IMG/VR virus record: IMGVR_UViG_3300044984_003188
Direction: 5' to 3' (one strand)
DNA length: 64,000 nucleotides
DNA from: a virus
Shown here in pieces: positions 9,644 through 20,044 of this stretch (position 1 is the first letter of the stretch; each line of letters opens with the position of its first letter). Made by a program: the position numbers and the translations under genes. The notes under the pieces were generated by a model. It was not told the origin of the DNA, made no database searches, and saw only the letters and a program-made list of their open reading frames with translations.

Positions 9644-11362
9644 ATGCGTTTATTCGGCTTCGAGTTTAAAAGAAATGTAGAAGCAGACGTGATTGCTCCG
9701 TCATTTGCCCCGAAAGAGGCTGATGACGGAGCACTTATTGTAGCCGCTGGTGGTGCGTATGGTACATATATTGATCTAGATGGTACTGTAAGAACAGAAG
9801 CGGAACTAGTAACAAAATACCGTGAAATGTCGCTTCAACCTGAAATTGATGCAGCCGTTGATGAAATAGTCAATGAATCAATTGATATTGGTGAAGATGA
9901 ACTAGTACAAATAATACTAGATGATTTAGAGATATCCGATAAGACTAAAAAAGCTATACGTGAAGAATTTAAAAACGTTTTGAATATTTTAAACTTCAAT
10001 AGTAAAGCATATGAAATTTTTCGTCGTTGGTACATTGATGGTAGATTATATTATCATGTGATCATTGACGATCAGGATACTAAATCCGGAATCAAAGAAG
10101 TTAGATATATTGATCCCAGAAAAATTAGAAAAGTTCGTGAAATAAATAAAAGAAGAGTGCCAGGGGGCATTGGAAATGAAGCCGTAATTCCCAAAGTACA
10201 AAATGAATACTTTATATTCAATGATAAAGGTTTCAATTATGGGAATAAAACTGCTGGTCCAACAACCACAGGCTTAAAGATAGCAAAAGATTCAATAGTT
10301 CATATTGTTTCGGGATTGACTGATACACAAGGAACTATGGTTCTTTCATATCTTCATAAAGCCATTAAACCACTCAATCAGCTTAGAACTTTGGAAGATG
10401 CTTTAGTTATCTATAGACTTGCACGTGCGCCAGAAAGAAGAATTTGGTATATTGACGTTGGTAATCTACCAAAGATGAAAGCAGAACAATACGTTCGAGA
10501 TATCATGGTAAAGCACAAGAATAGATTGATTTATGACGGTGCAACTGGTGAAGTACGTGATGACCGTAAATTCATGACAATGCTTGAAGATTATTGGCTA
10601 CCCAGAAGAGAAGGTGGTAAAGGTACTGAAGTAACTACACTCCCTGGTGGACAAACTTTAGGTGAAATGGATGACGTCTTATACTTCCAGAAAAAACTTT
10701 ATGGTACTCTAAATGTTCCCGTTAGTAGATTAAACTCAGATGCATTATTCTCTATCGGTAGAGCTACAGAAATAACCAGAGATGAAGTAAAATTTGCTAA
10801 ATTTTTAACTAGACTTCGTGGCAGATTCTCTCAACTATTCATGAGTCTATTAGAAAAGCAACTTGTATTAAAGCAAGTAATGTCTATAGAAGATTGGTAT
10901 AACATTTCATCCGACATTAAATTTGATTTTTCTAAAGATAATTACTTTATGGAACTCAAAGACTCTGAAATTATCCAAAATAGAGTTCAACTTGTTCAAC
11001 AACTTGATGGTGCCAATCTAATTGGTAAATATTACTCAAATGAATGGGTAAGAAAGAATATCCTCAAGCAATCAGATGATATGATTGAAGAAATGGATGA
11101 AGAAATGGATGAGGAGTCTAAAGATCCTAGGTGGAATATGGAAATGATGTCACCAACTGGTGATGAAATGCCAGCGGCTGATCCAAGTGTTTCTGGACTA
11201 CCCCAAAAAGAAGATGAAGCTCCACAAGATGATGATGCAAAAAAGATTGTAGATGCGCAAAAGACATATGATCGTTTGAGCAAAATGAAAAAAAGAACTA
11301 TACAAGATGAATCTAAATACCGATCAGCAGCGCTGATACTTGCTAGAAATAAAGGAGATTAG
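9644..11362 (+). CDS. gp20: Portal protein gp20
   Basis: RRWYIDGRLYYH, RAPERRIWYIDVGNLPK, EDYWLPRREGGKGTE motifs. Confidence 0.97.
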   Translation: MRLFGFEFKRNVEADVIAPSFAPKEADDGALIVAAGGAYGTYIDLDGTVRTEAELVTKYREMSLQPEIDAAVDEIVNESIDIGEDELVQIILDDLEISDKTKKAIREEFKNVLNILNFNSKAYEIFRRWYIDGRLYYHVIIDDQDTKSGIKEVRYIDPRKIRKVREINKRRVPGGIGNEAVIPKVQNEYFIFNDKGFNYGNKTAGPTTTGLKIAKDSIVHIVSGLTDTQGTMVLSYLHKAIKPLNQLRTLEDALVIYRLARAPERRIWYIDVGNLPKMKAEQYVRDIMVKHKNRLIYDGATGEVRDDRKFMTMLEDYWLPRREGGKGTEVTTLPGGQTLGEMDDVLYFQKKLYGTLNVPVSRLNSDALFSIGRATEITRDEVKFAKFLTRLRGRFSQLFMSLLEKQLVLKQVMSIEDWYNISSDIKFDFSKDNYFMELKDSEIIQNRVQLVQQLDGANLIGKYYSNEWVRKNILKQSDDMIEEMDEEMDEESKDPRWNMEMMSPTGDEMPAADPSVSGLPQKEDEAPQDDDAKKIVDAQKTYDRLSKMKKRTIQDESKYRSAALILARNKGD

Positions 11363-11366
11363 GTGA

Positions 11367-11573
11367 ATGACTGACTATACTATTACAGATTTAATAGCAT
11401 TTAGCTCTCAACAGAGACCAGCGGAATTTGAAGCAGCATTTAATAATGTTATTGCTTCAAGACTAGAAACCGCTATAAATGATAAAAAAATAGAAGTGGC
11501 TCAAAGAATGTTCAATAGAGTCGATCAAGAAGAAATAGATATAGAGGATACGGAAGATGGCGAAATCACTTAA
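11367..11573 (+). CDS. Small acidic prohead core protein (gp67-like position)
   Basis: 68 aa with acidic C-terminus, directly after portal. Confidence 0.55.
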   Translation: MTDYTITDLIAFSSQQRPAEFEAAFNNVIASRLETAINDKKIEVAQRMFNRVDQEEIDIEDTEDGEIT

Positions 11574-12435
11574 TGACATTTTAAAAGGCGTCAAGGCTTC
11601 TAAAGTAGTTCCAGGTTCAACTGGCACCGATCCAGGTGTAGATTATGCACCAAAAGCTAAAGTAGAACAAGACTTTGTTGCTAAGCACAAAACCGAAAAG
11701 CATGAAGATCGAGTAGGCAACAAAGATGATGTCTACAAAGGTAAAACTGAATATGTTTTAGATAAAGCATCAGAAAGTCGTCATGGCTATAAAAAAGATG
11801 AGGCTGAAAAAGTCTATGAGTCACTTCAAGAACTTGAAGAAGCTACAGCCAAACAAATTAATGATAGATTAGATTCACTTGTTGCTGCCAAGAAAGCAGA
11901 AAAAGCAGGTGATAAAAAAGCTCAGTATGGACATTTAGCTGACTATCACACTAAATATGCAACACATGTAAAAAAGAGTGCTGATATAGCACACCATAAG
12001 TCTCAAGCTGAAAAATATAGATCAGCATCAAAGGCTTTTGAAGAAGCCGCTTCATGTAATATGACAAATGAGGGTACACATTGCCCAGTTCATGAAATGG
12101 CATCATGTAAAGAATCATTAGCAGTTCCATTACTCGGTGGTGATGATGAATCAGCCGAAATGGCAAAGACCCAACTTAGAGCTCTAGCTAATAAAGCACT
12201 TGCTTTAGCAATGCACCTCAATGACGATCAAGTAGTTGAACCATGGGTGCAAGCAAAAATTGCTGTAGCTAAAGATAACGTCACCGCAGTTCATGACTAT
12301 ATGGTCTATGGTAATCATGACAAACCAGAAAAAGAACAAACAGCACCATACGAAGGCGGAATGGATATGTCTGGCTCTCCCAGAAATACATATCCAAACT
12401 TTGGTGCTGATGTAAATATTGGGAGAAGTGTATAA
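11557..12435 (+). CDS. Probable internal head/prohead core protein
   Basis: Charged 292 aa protein between portal and protease; LEE/FEE-like candidate protease sites. Confidence 0.55.
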   Translation: MAKSLNDILKGVKASKVVPGSTGTDPGVDYAPKAKVEQDFVAKHKTEKHEDRVGNKDDVYKGKTEYVLDKASESRHGYKKDEAEKVYESLQELEEATAKQINDRLDSLVAAKKAEKAGDKKAQYGHLADYHTKYATHVKKSADIAHHKSQAEKYRSASKAFEEAASCNMTNEGTHCPVHEMASCKESLAVPLLGGDDESAEMAKTQLRALANKALALAMHLNDDQVVEPWVQAKIAVAKDNVTAVHDYMVYGNHDKPEKEQTAPYEGGMDMSGSPRNTYPNFGADVNIGRSV

Positions 12436-12680
12436 TGAATATAATTAAAGCTGGTGCTAATATATATTCTGTTACCACACAAAACTCAGTAAATAATACT
12501 GCAATTTTATTTGTGTCAACCACAGCAGCTGCACAGATTAATCTATACTCAAATTCTACAACACAGTATGGTTCATTTGTTCTTCCTGCAAATCAATATA
12601 TTTTTCTACAAAAAAAACCAACTGATTTGGTTTCATCAAATACTGCTGTAAACATCACACCTTCGGCTTATAGAGGTTAA
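12435..12680 (+). CDS. Hypothetical protein (head module)
   Basis: 81 aa, translationally coupled to neighbours. Confidence 0.55.
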   Translation: MNIIKAGANIYSVTTQNSVNNTAILFVSTTAAAQINLYSNSTTQYGSFVLPANQYIFLQKKPTDLVSSNTAVNITPSAYRG

Positions 12681-12681
12681 A

Positions 12682-13359
12682 ATGAAGCTTATTCTAGAAG
12701 ATTCTACAGAATTTGAATTTATAACCGAAGCTAAAGAAGACGGCTCAAAAGATCATTATATCCATGGAGTATTCTTGCAAGCAGATGTTAAAAACAGAAA
12801 CGGAAGAATGTATCCAATGCCTATTATGGAGCGTGAAGTAGAACGCTATATGAATGAGGTAGTAAAAAATAATAGAGCTTATGGTGAACTTGGTCACCCA
12901 GCAGGACCACAAATTAATCTTGATAGAGTTTCACATATGATAACTGAACTCAAGAAAAATGGAAATAATTTCATTGGTAAAGCTAAACTTACCGATACAC
13001 CCATGGGTAATATTGCAAAAGGGCTACTAAAGTCTGGTGCTAATCTAGGTGTTTCATCTCGTGGTATGGGTTCACTTAAACCAAACAAACTTGGTATTAT
13101 GGAAGTTCAAGAAGATTTTCGTTTAGCCACTGCAGCAGATATCGTTGCCGATCCATCAGCACCTGATGCTTTTGTTAAGGGCATTATGGAAAATGTTGAT
13201 TGGCTATATGATTCCGTAAAGGACACATGGATCGAACAAAAATTACATGAAACTAGAAAAATTATGAAAAAAATGTCGATGGATGAAATTGAACAAACCA
13301 AGCTTGGCATATTTGAGAGTTACATGAAGTCTCTCTCGTCAAAGAATAATCTTTTATAA
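12682..13359 (+). CDS. gp21: Prohead protease gp21
   Basis: NRNGRMYP, GELGHP, GVSSRGMGS, DIVADPSAPDAFV motifs. Confidence 0.96.
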   Translation: MKLILEDSTEFEFITEAKEDGSKDHYIHGVFLQADVKNRNGRMYPMPIMEREVERYMNEVVKNNRAYGELGHPAGPQINLDRVSHMITELKKNGNNFIGKAKLTDTPMGNIAKGLLKSGANLGVSSRGMGSLKPNKLGIMEVQEDFRLATAADIVADPSAPDAFVKGIMENVDWLYDSVKDTWIEQKLHETRKIMKKMSMDEIEQTKLGIFESYMKSLSSKNNLL

Positions 13360-13390
13360 ATATTTAAAAATCTTTTAGGGAGACAGTTTA

Positions 13391-14425
13391 ATGTCAGAAG
13401 AATTAGAAACCAAAGATCTAGATGAATCCGTAGCTTCAGAAACATTGAAGCCAAATTCACGCTCAGCTGGATCAGACCCAAAGTCCAAGATTGAAACAAT
13501 TACTTCAGTCATTGGCGCTATGCATTCCATGCGTAAAGATGATTTAACTAAGTGGTACACACAAGCAATGTCCCTTATTGGTAAAGAAGCAGATTCACTT
13601 CCATCAGGCGCAAGTGCTGATGCAAATGCCTCTTCTATTGATATGAAGACCGGCAAAGGACCAAAGACTCGTGATGCCATGCCAAAACTTTCCGTTAAGG
13701 AAGATGTTGAGGAAATGTTTGATGGCCAAGATCTATCAGAAGAATTTAAAGATAGAGCTTCAACACTATTTGAAGCTGCTGTAAATGCAAGAATTATTCT
13801 TGAATCTTCACGTCTAGAAGAACAATATGAAGCTAGACTTGAAGAAGAAGTTACAGAGATTGCAGAAGCTCTAGAAAAGAAGTTAGACACATATCTAGAT
13901 TACGTGGTTGAGAATTGGATGAAGGAGAATGAAGTTGCTATTGAATCTTCTCTCCGCAATGAAATCATGGAAGAATTCATCGACGGACTAAAAGGTCTGT
14001 TCGCTGAACACTATATCGATGTTCCTGAAGAAAAGATTGATGTAGTTGAAGAACTAGCCACTAAAGTAGATGAGCTAGAAACAATGCTTGATGAATCCAT
14101 TACTGAGAACTCCGATCTCAAGAAAATGGTCGCTGAATCTAAGAGAATTGACGTTCTAGAAGAAATGGCAACTGATCTTACTATGGTTCAAGCTGAAAAG
14201 TTCGCAGCACTTGCGGAAGGAATTGATTTTACTGGAGACATTGATTCTTATAGAAAGAAGTTGTCTTACGTAAAAGAATCCTACTTCTCAAAGAAGTCAA
14301 CACCAACCACAAATATCGAAGAAGAAACTTTTGAGGGTGATAATACACTTAACGAAAGTGTAAAGTCTTTTGATCCAGATGTTAATAGATATGCACAAGC
14401 TATCGCAAGAACCATTAAAAAGTAA
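13391..14425 (+). CDS. gp22: Prohead scaffold protein gp22
   Basis: Acidic coiled coil; LSEEFK.RASTLFEAAV and YLDYVVENW motifs; late promoter at 13355-13362. Confidence 0.92.
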   Translation: MSEELETKDLDESVASETLKPNSRSAGSDPKSKIETITSVIGAMHSMRKDDLTKWYTQAMSLIGKEADSLPSGASADANASSIDMKTGKGPKTRDAMPKLSVKEDVEEMFDGQDLSEEFKDRASTLFEAAVNARIILESSRLEEQYEARLEEEVTEIAEALEKKLDTYLDYVVENWMKENEVAIESSLRNEIMEEFIDGLKGLFAEHYIDVPEEKIDVVEELATKVDELETMLDESITENSDLKKMVAESKRIDVLEEMATDLTMVQAEKFAALAEGIDFTGDIDSYRKKLSYVKESYFSKKSTPTTNIEEETFEGDNTLNESVKSFDPDVNRYAQAIARTIKK

Positions 14426-14471
14426 AATCTTATAAATAAAGATAACCTAACAAAGAAAAGGGAAATTCTAA

Positions 14472-15836
14472 ATGTATCTAGCTGAATCACTACAGAAGAA
14501 GTGGGAGGCCGTTCTCGACCACCAAGATCTTCCTAATATTAAAGACGCTCACCGTCGTTCAGTAACTGCGGTTGTTCTTGAAAACACCCAGCGTGCTCTT
14601 CGTGAGTCTGCTTCACACGGTCAATATCAAACTCTATTTGAAGCAGGTATTGCCCCATCTCCGGTAAATGCTATCGGTAACCCTGACTCCACAAATGCTG
14701 GTGCAATTGACACTTTTGACCCAGTTCTTATCTCTCTAGTTCGTCGTGCAATGCCGAACCTGATTGCTTATGACATTTGCGGAACTCAGCCAATGACCGG
14801 TCCTACTGGTCTTATCTTTGCTATGCGTTCACGCTACAGCAATCAGGCTGGTGACGAAACTTTCTATAACGAAGTTAATACCTCATTCACTTCAGTTGTT
14901 GCAGGTAACTCAACATTTGGTCAACAGTTTACAGGTACTATTCCTGGTCAAACTAACACCACTGCACTAGTAAATACCGCTGCTTATAACACAGGCTTTG
15001 GTATGCCAACTGCTACTGCTGAAGCACTTGGTTCCAATAACTCTGGTGCAGGCGATTTTGCACAGATGGCATTCTCAATCGAGAAAGTTACTGTAACCGC
15101 CAAGTCACGTGCCCTCAAGGCAGAATACACCATGGAACTTGCACAAGATCTAAAGGCAATTCATGGTCTAGATGCTGAAACCGAACTTGCAAACATTCTT
15201 TCAGCTGAAATTCTTGCTGAAATTAACCGTGAAGTAGTTCGTACAATCAACATCACCGCCGTTGTTGGTGCTCAAGATAACACCACAACTGCTGGTATCT
15301 TCGACCTTGACACCGATTCTAACGGCCGTTGGTCAGTTGAAAAGTTCAAGGGTCTTATGTTCCAGCTTGAACGTGAAGCTAACTTTATTGCTCGTACAAC
15401 TCGTCGTGGTAAGGGTAACATTGTTATCTGTTCCTCCGATGTTGCTTCAGCTCTACAGATGGCAGGCGTTCTTGACTATGCTCCAGCTCTTAACTCAAAC
15501 AACCTACAAGTTGACGACACAGGTAATACCTTTGCTGGTGTTCTCAATGGTCGCCTAAAGGTTTACATTGATCCATATGCTATCGGTGGTAACTATCTAA
15601 CTGTTGGCTATAAGGGATCTTCTGCATTTGATGCTGGTCTGTTCTATTGCCCATACGTTCCTCTCCAAATGGTTCGTGCAGTCGATCAGCAAAGCTTCCA
15701 GCCTAAGATCGGCTTCAAGACTCGTTACGGAATGGTTGCAAATCCATTTGCTCAAGGTATTACAGCTGGTAATGGTGCACTCACCACAAACACCAACCTC
15801 TACTACCGCAAGGTAATTGTTAACAATCTTATGTAA
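14472..15836 (+). CDS. gp23: Major capsid protein gp23
   Basis: QPMTGPTGLIFAMR, KSRALKAEYTMELAQDLKAIHGLDAE, FQPKIGFKTRYG motifs; TATAAATA at 14431-14438. Confidence 0.98.
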   Translation: MYLAESLQKKWEAVLDHQDLPNIKDAHRRSVTAVVLENTQRALRESASHGQYQTLFEAGIAPSPVNAIGNPDSTNAGAIDTFDPVLISLVRRAMPNLIAYDICGTQPMTGPTGLIFAMRSRYSNQAGDETFYNEVNTSFTSVVAGNSTFGQQFTGTIPGQTNTTALVNTAAYNTGFGMPTATAEALGSNNSGAGDFAQMAFSIEKVTVTAKSRALKAEYTMELAQDLKAIHGLDAETELANILSAEILAEINREVVRTINITAVVGAQDNTTTAGIFDLDTDSNGRWSVEKFKGLMFQLEREANFIARTTRRGKGNIVICSSDVASALQMAGVLDYAPALNSNNLQVDDTGNTFAGVLNGRLKVYIDPYAIGGNYLTVGYKGSSAFDAGLFYCPYVPLQMVRAVDQQSFQPKIGFKTRYGMVANPFAQGITAGNGALTTNTNLYYRKVIVNNLM

Positions 15837-15865
15837 TCTGAACTTTTAGTTCTAATTACGAAAAT

Positions 15866-15900
15866 GACCCCGGAGGGAAACTTCCGGGGTTTATTTTATT
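15866..15900 (+). terminator. Rho-independent terminator after gp23
   Basis: GACCCCGGAG-GGAAA-CTTCCGGGGTT hairpin followed by a T-rich tail. Confidence 0.85.
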
Positions 15901-15931
15901 CTAAAATAAATAGCAATAAAGGAGGATTAAC

Positions 15932-16453
15932 ATGTCAGTTGTTGATAATAGACCAGAAAATATGAATTTTCTTTCACCACTTAATTTTAAATTTCAGATC
16001 AAAAGAACACCATCACTAAACTTCTTTGTGCAAAAAGTCAATCTTCCTGGTTTGACATTGCCAAATATAGATGAAAATACCCCATTGATTCGTATTCCAT
16101 ATTCAGGTGATCATTTGCTTTTTGATGAGCTTGTGGTAACATTTAAAGTGGATGAAAATTTAATAAATTATATGGAAATACATAATTGGCTTAGAGGTTT
16201 GGGCAAGCCTTCATATGAAGAATATAAAAATCTCAAGTCAAAATCTATATACACTGGTGAATCACTTAATTCAGATATATCACTTTCAATTCTTACAAGC
16301 TATAAAAATCCAAATTATGAAGTTATATTTACAGATGCATTTCCTGTTTCATTGAGTGGTATTGATTTTACAACCACCGCAGAAGATATTTCATATCTAG
16401 AAGCAACTGCTACTTTCAAATATTTAACTTATACCATCAAAAAAACAAATTGA
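15932..16453 (+). CDS. gp3: Tail completion protein gp3
   Basis: NFLSP..FKF, VDENL.NY.EIHNW, DAFPVSLSG motifs. Confidence 0.88.
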   Translation: MSVVDNRPENMNFLSPLNFKFQIKRTPSLNFFVQKVNLPGLTLPNIDENTPLIRIPYSGDHLLFDELVVTFKVDENLINYMEIHNWLRGLGKPSYEEYKNLKSKSIYTGESLNSDISLSILTSYKNPNYEVIFTDAFPVSLSGIDFTTTAEDISYLEATATFKYLTYTIKKTN

Positions 16454-16478
16454 CAATTGTTCTTATTTAGTTTATAAT
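16450..16478 (+). promoter_or_regulatory. Sigma70-type early promoter for uvsY/uvsW
   Basis: TTGACA-17-TATAAT. Confidence 0.75.
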
Positions 16479-16494
16479 ATACTATTATTGATTA

Positions 16495-16941
16495 ATGGAG
16501 ATATTTGTGAATTTTGAAGAACTTTTCAATGAGTGGGATAAAGATTCAGAACTAGATAAGACTAGATTGGATGATGAATCTCTGAAAATTCCAAAGCTTC
16601 ACCATAAGTATTATCGCCTTTTTGTGGTTGAGAAATCAAAACTGAGACAGTTTGAAGGTGATATGAAAAAGCTTAAACTTGAAAAACATGAATTTTATAG
16701 TCAAGGGCATAATGATGAAACCAGAGCAAAAGGATGGAAACTTCCAGCTAAAGGAATCATTATTAAGAATGATGTTCCCATGTATGTAGAGGCGGATACA
16801 GATGTGATAGACTTATCACTTAAAATTGGTGTTCAACAAGAAAAAATTGAATTTCTTGAGTCAATCATAAAGACCTTAAATAATAGAGGTTATAACATAA
16901 AAACTGCAGTTGAATTTATTAAATTTGTGAATGGATCATAA
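16495..16941 (+). CDS. uvsY: Recombination mediator UvsY
   Basis: ESLKIPKLHHKY and RGYNIKTAVEF motifs; true start may be GTG at 16507. Confidence 0.88.
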   Translation: MEIFVNFEELFNEWDKDSELDKTRLDDESLKIPKLHHKYYRLFVVEKSKLRQFEGDMKKLKLEKHEFYSQGHNDETRAKGWKLPAKGIIIKNDVPMYVEADTDVIDLSLKIGVQQEKIEFLESIIKTLNNRGYNIKTAVEFIKFVNGS

Positions 16942-18380
16942 TGGATACGGTAACTATAAGAAAATATGATGAGGTATATAATAAAATAGTCTGTGATCCA
17001 GGTATTGCCATGGAACTTGCAGATCATTTTACGTTTGAAGTGCCTGGTGCAAAGTTTATGCCTACTGTTCGTAATAAGATATGGGATGGAAAAATAAGAC
17101 TTCTTAATCCACTCACATGTCTACTTTATTCCGGATTAGCAGAAGAAGTCATAAAGTTTTGCCAATCCCGTAAATATGAATGTGAATTAGATGGAATCTC
17201 TAGTGATGAAGAGTTTTCAATCCATGAAGCACAAAAAAGGATAGAATCTCTAGGATTGACTAAAACTCCCAGAGATTATCAATTAGATGCATATGTACAT
17301 GCAATCAGAAAAAGAAGAGCAGTACTGCTCTCTCCAACAGCATCTGGTAAATCACTCATAATATATCTCATAACAAAACATTATAAAGAAAAAACTCTTA
17401 TCATAGTTCCAACTACATCTCTTGTTCATCAAATGGCATCCGACTTCAAAGACTATGGTCTAGAAGAAGAATGCCACAAGATTATGAGTGGTGAAGAAAA
17501 GATTACAAATAAAAACATTGTGATTTCAACATGGCAGTCTATATATAAACTTCCACAAAGTTGGTTCAATCAATTTAAATTAGTGATTGGAGATGAAGCA
17601 CATCTATTTAAAGCCAAATCTCTCACTACTATTATGACTAAACTACCCAATTGTAAATACAAATATGGTTTTACAGGGACCTTAGACGGCACCGATACTA
17701 ATAAGTTAGTATTAGAAGGGCTGTTTGGTCCGGTCAGAAAAGTTACAACCACAGCAGAACTCATGAATAAGGGAACTGTGGCTCAATTGCTAATTAAAGC
17801 ATTGGTTCTTAAATATACCAATGAAGATAAAAAACTTGTAAGCAATTATGACTATCAAGCTGAACTAGATTTTATAGTCACTAATCCAAAAAGAAATAAT
17901 TTTGTTAAAAATCTAGTTCTTTCACTTAAAGGTAATACCCTTGTATTCTTTAACTTTGTTGATAAACATGGTAAAATTCTATATGATTTAGTAAAATCTG
18001 AAGCCAAAGATAGAAATGTTTATTTTATATCCGGTGAAGTAAGTGCCTTAGAAAGAGAAGAAATAAGAAAGTCAGTCGAGAATGATAGAAATTGTATTAT
18101 CTTTGCTAGCTCTGGCACTAGTTCTACTGGTGTTAACATGGTAAATTTACAAAATATAGTATTCACAAGCCCATCAAAATCTAGGGTTAGAAATCTACAA
18201 TCTATCGGGCGTGCTCTCAGAAAATCTGAAACCAAAGTAAATGCCACTCTTTATGATTTAGCTGATGATTTGACCTGGAAGTCAAAAAGAAACCACACAC
18301 TCAATCACTTTATTGAAAGGATCAAAATCTATAGCTCCGAGTCATTTGACTACAAGATTTATAATATTGATCTAAACTAA
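16941..18380 (+). CDS. uvsW: Helicase UvsW
   Basis: WDGKIRL, SPTASGKS, DEAH, QSIGRALR motifs. Confidence 0.95.
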   Translation: MDTVTIRKYDEVYNKIVCDPGIAMELADHFTFEVPGAKFMPTVRNKIWDGKIRLLNPLTCLLYSGLAEEVIKFCQSRKYECELDGISSDEEFSIHEAQKRIESLGLTKTPRDYQLDAYVHAIRKRRAVLLSPTASGKSLIIYLITKHYKEKTLIIVPTTSLVHQMASDFKDYGLEEECHKIMSGEEKITNKNIVISTWQSIYKLPQSWFNQFKLVIGDEAHLFKAKSLTTIMTKLPNCKYKYGFTGTLDGTDTNKLVLEGLFGPVRKVTTTAELMNKGTVAQLLIKALVLKYTNEDKKLVSNYDYQAELDFIVTNPKRNNFVKNLVLSLKGNTLVFFNFVDKHGKILYDLVKSEAKDRNVYFISGEVSALEREEIRKSVENDRNCIIFASSGTSSTGVNMVNLQNIVFTSPSKSRVRNLQSIGRALRKSETKVNATLYDLADDLTWKSKRNHTLNHFIERIKIYSSESFDYKIYNIDLN

Positions 18381-18407
18381 TCCATTATTTCCTTTTCCTC
18401 AATGCCT

Positions 18408-18435
18408 ATTATACCTATACTATGAAAGTTGTCAA
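18408..18435 (-). promoter_or_regulatory. Antisense sigma70-type promoter upstream of gp55
   Basis: Minus strand reads TTGACA-16 nt-TATAAT. Confidence 0.5.
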
Positions 18436-18437
18436 CC

Positions 18438-18965
18438 ATGAATTTAACCACTAGACCAAAAAAACATTACGTGAACAATGCTGATTTTGTTAAGGCTTTA
18501 AATGAATATAAAGAAAAACTTAAAACCAATCCAGAAGCCAGGATTCCAGATTATATTGGGATATGCATAAGCGCCATTTGTAACAAAATGGCAACACGCC
18601 CAAACTTCTCTGGATATACTTTTAAAGAGGAAATGATAGGTGATGCCATAGAAAATTGCCTTGAGGCAGTTGGCAATTTTGATCCTGCAAAATCCATAGA
18701 AAGATCCAGAACATCGACGGTTAATGCATTTGGTTATTTTAGCTGGATAGCATGGAATGCTTTCATTAGAAGAATAGCAAAGGAAAAAAAGCAGACTTAT
18801 ATTAAGTATAAGAATATGCAGAACCTACAAATATTTGATGACTCAACTGTAAATCCATATAATAATGAAGCTACAAATCAAATTATAGAGGAGTTCGAAT
18901 CCAAGTTGACAAAAACAAAGAAAAGTGGTATAGTAGGGATAGAAAAATTTGTTGATAACGATTAA
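18438..18965 (+). CDS. gp55: Late sigma factor gp55
   Basis: HYVNNADF, RPNFSGYTFKEEMIGDAIEN, AFIRRIAKEKKQ motifs. Confidence 0.93.
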   Translation: MNLTTRPKKHYVNNADFVKALNEYKEKLKTNPEARIPDYIGICISAICNKMATRPNFSGYTFKEEMIGDAIENCLEAVGNFDPAKSIERSRTSTVNAFGYFSWIAWNAFIRRIAKEKKQTYIKYKNMQNLQIFDDSTVNPYNNEATNQIIEEFESKLTKTKKSGIVGIEKFVDND

Positions 18966-18973
18966 GGACTATC

Positions 18974-20044
18974 ATGGAAATAGCTATTATAGCCGATACT
19001 CACTGGGGCATTCGTGGTGACAATTTAACATTTATGAATGCCACTAAAAAATTCTTGGATGATATTTTCTTCCCTGAACTTGATAAAAGAAATATCAAAT
19101 GTGTTGTTCATTTAGGGGATTTATTTGATCGTCGAAAGATGACAAATACAATTACAGCACATCGTTTAAGAAAAGATTTCATCCAGCCAATGATTGACCG
19201 TGGCATTGATTATCATCAAATTATTGGTAATCATGATACCTACTATAAAAATACAAATGAAGTAAATGCTGTTGATGAGTTCTTCAGTTTTAATAGTATG
19301 AAAGTATATCGTGATCCTATCGAAGTAAAACTTTTTGATGAAAAAATTTTAATGCTTCCTTGGATCTGTGATTCTAATAGAGAAGCAAGCATGAAAGCAA
19401 TTGCTGATTCTAATGCTAGATACTGTTTCGGTCATTTAGAATTGGAAGGGTTTGAAATGTATCGTGGGCATTTTGCCACACATGGTGAAAAATCCACTTT
19501 ATTTGATAAATTTGAATTGACTTTATCTGGTCATTATCATCATAAATCAAATAAGAATTCCATAGTATATGTAGGATCACATGCTCAATTTACATGGTCT
19601 GATTACGGTGATGATAGAGGATTTCACATTCTAAATTTACAAGATTCAGAGTTGACATTTATCAAAAACCCATATATAATGTTCAATAAGATCTTTTATG
19701 ATGATGTAGGTGTAAAATCACTTGAACCTCTAATAAACAAAGATTGGAACATTTATAAAAATACTCTTTGTAAAGTGATTGTTCAAAATAAAACCAATCC
19801 TTATTGGTTTGATCTTTTTTGTGAAAAATTAGAGAATGCAAACCCAGTTGATTTCCAGATTGTGGAAGATCATCACAATTTAGACAATATTAATGAAGAT
19901 GAATTAGTGGATGAAGCGGAATCAACCATGGATATTTTTAAGAAACATATATCCCAACTAGAAGATTCTTCAGTCGATGTAAAAAAACTGGAAAAAGTTA
20001 TTACAGAACTTTATAATAAAGCTATATCAATGGGTGTAGAGTGA
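18974..20044 (+). CDS. gp47: Recombination nuclease gp47 (Mre11/SbcD-like)
   Basis: DTHWG, HLGDLFD, GNHD, SGHYH motifs; promoter TTGACA-17-TATAGT at 18906-18934. Confidence 0.93.
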   Translation: MEIAIIADTHWGIRGDNLTFMNATKKFLDDIFFPELDKRNIKCVVHLGDLFDRRKMTNTITAHRLRKDFIQPMIDRGIDYHQIIGNHDTYYKNTNEVNAVDEFFSFNSMKVYRDPIEVKLFDEKILMLPWICDSNREASMKAIADSNARYCFGHLELEGFEMYRGHFATHGEKSTLFDKFELTLSGHYHHKSNKNSIVYVGSHAQFTWSDYGDDRGFHILNLQDSELTFIKNPYIMFNKIFYDDVGVKSLEPLINKDWNIYKNTLCKVIVQNKTNPYWFDLFCEKLENANPVDFQIVEDHHNLDNINEDELVDEAESTMDIFKKHISQLEDSSVDVKKLEKVITELYNKAISMGVE

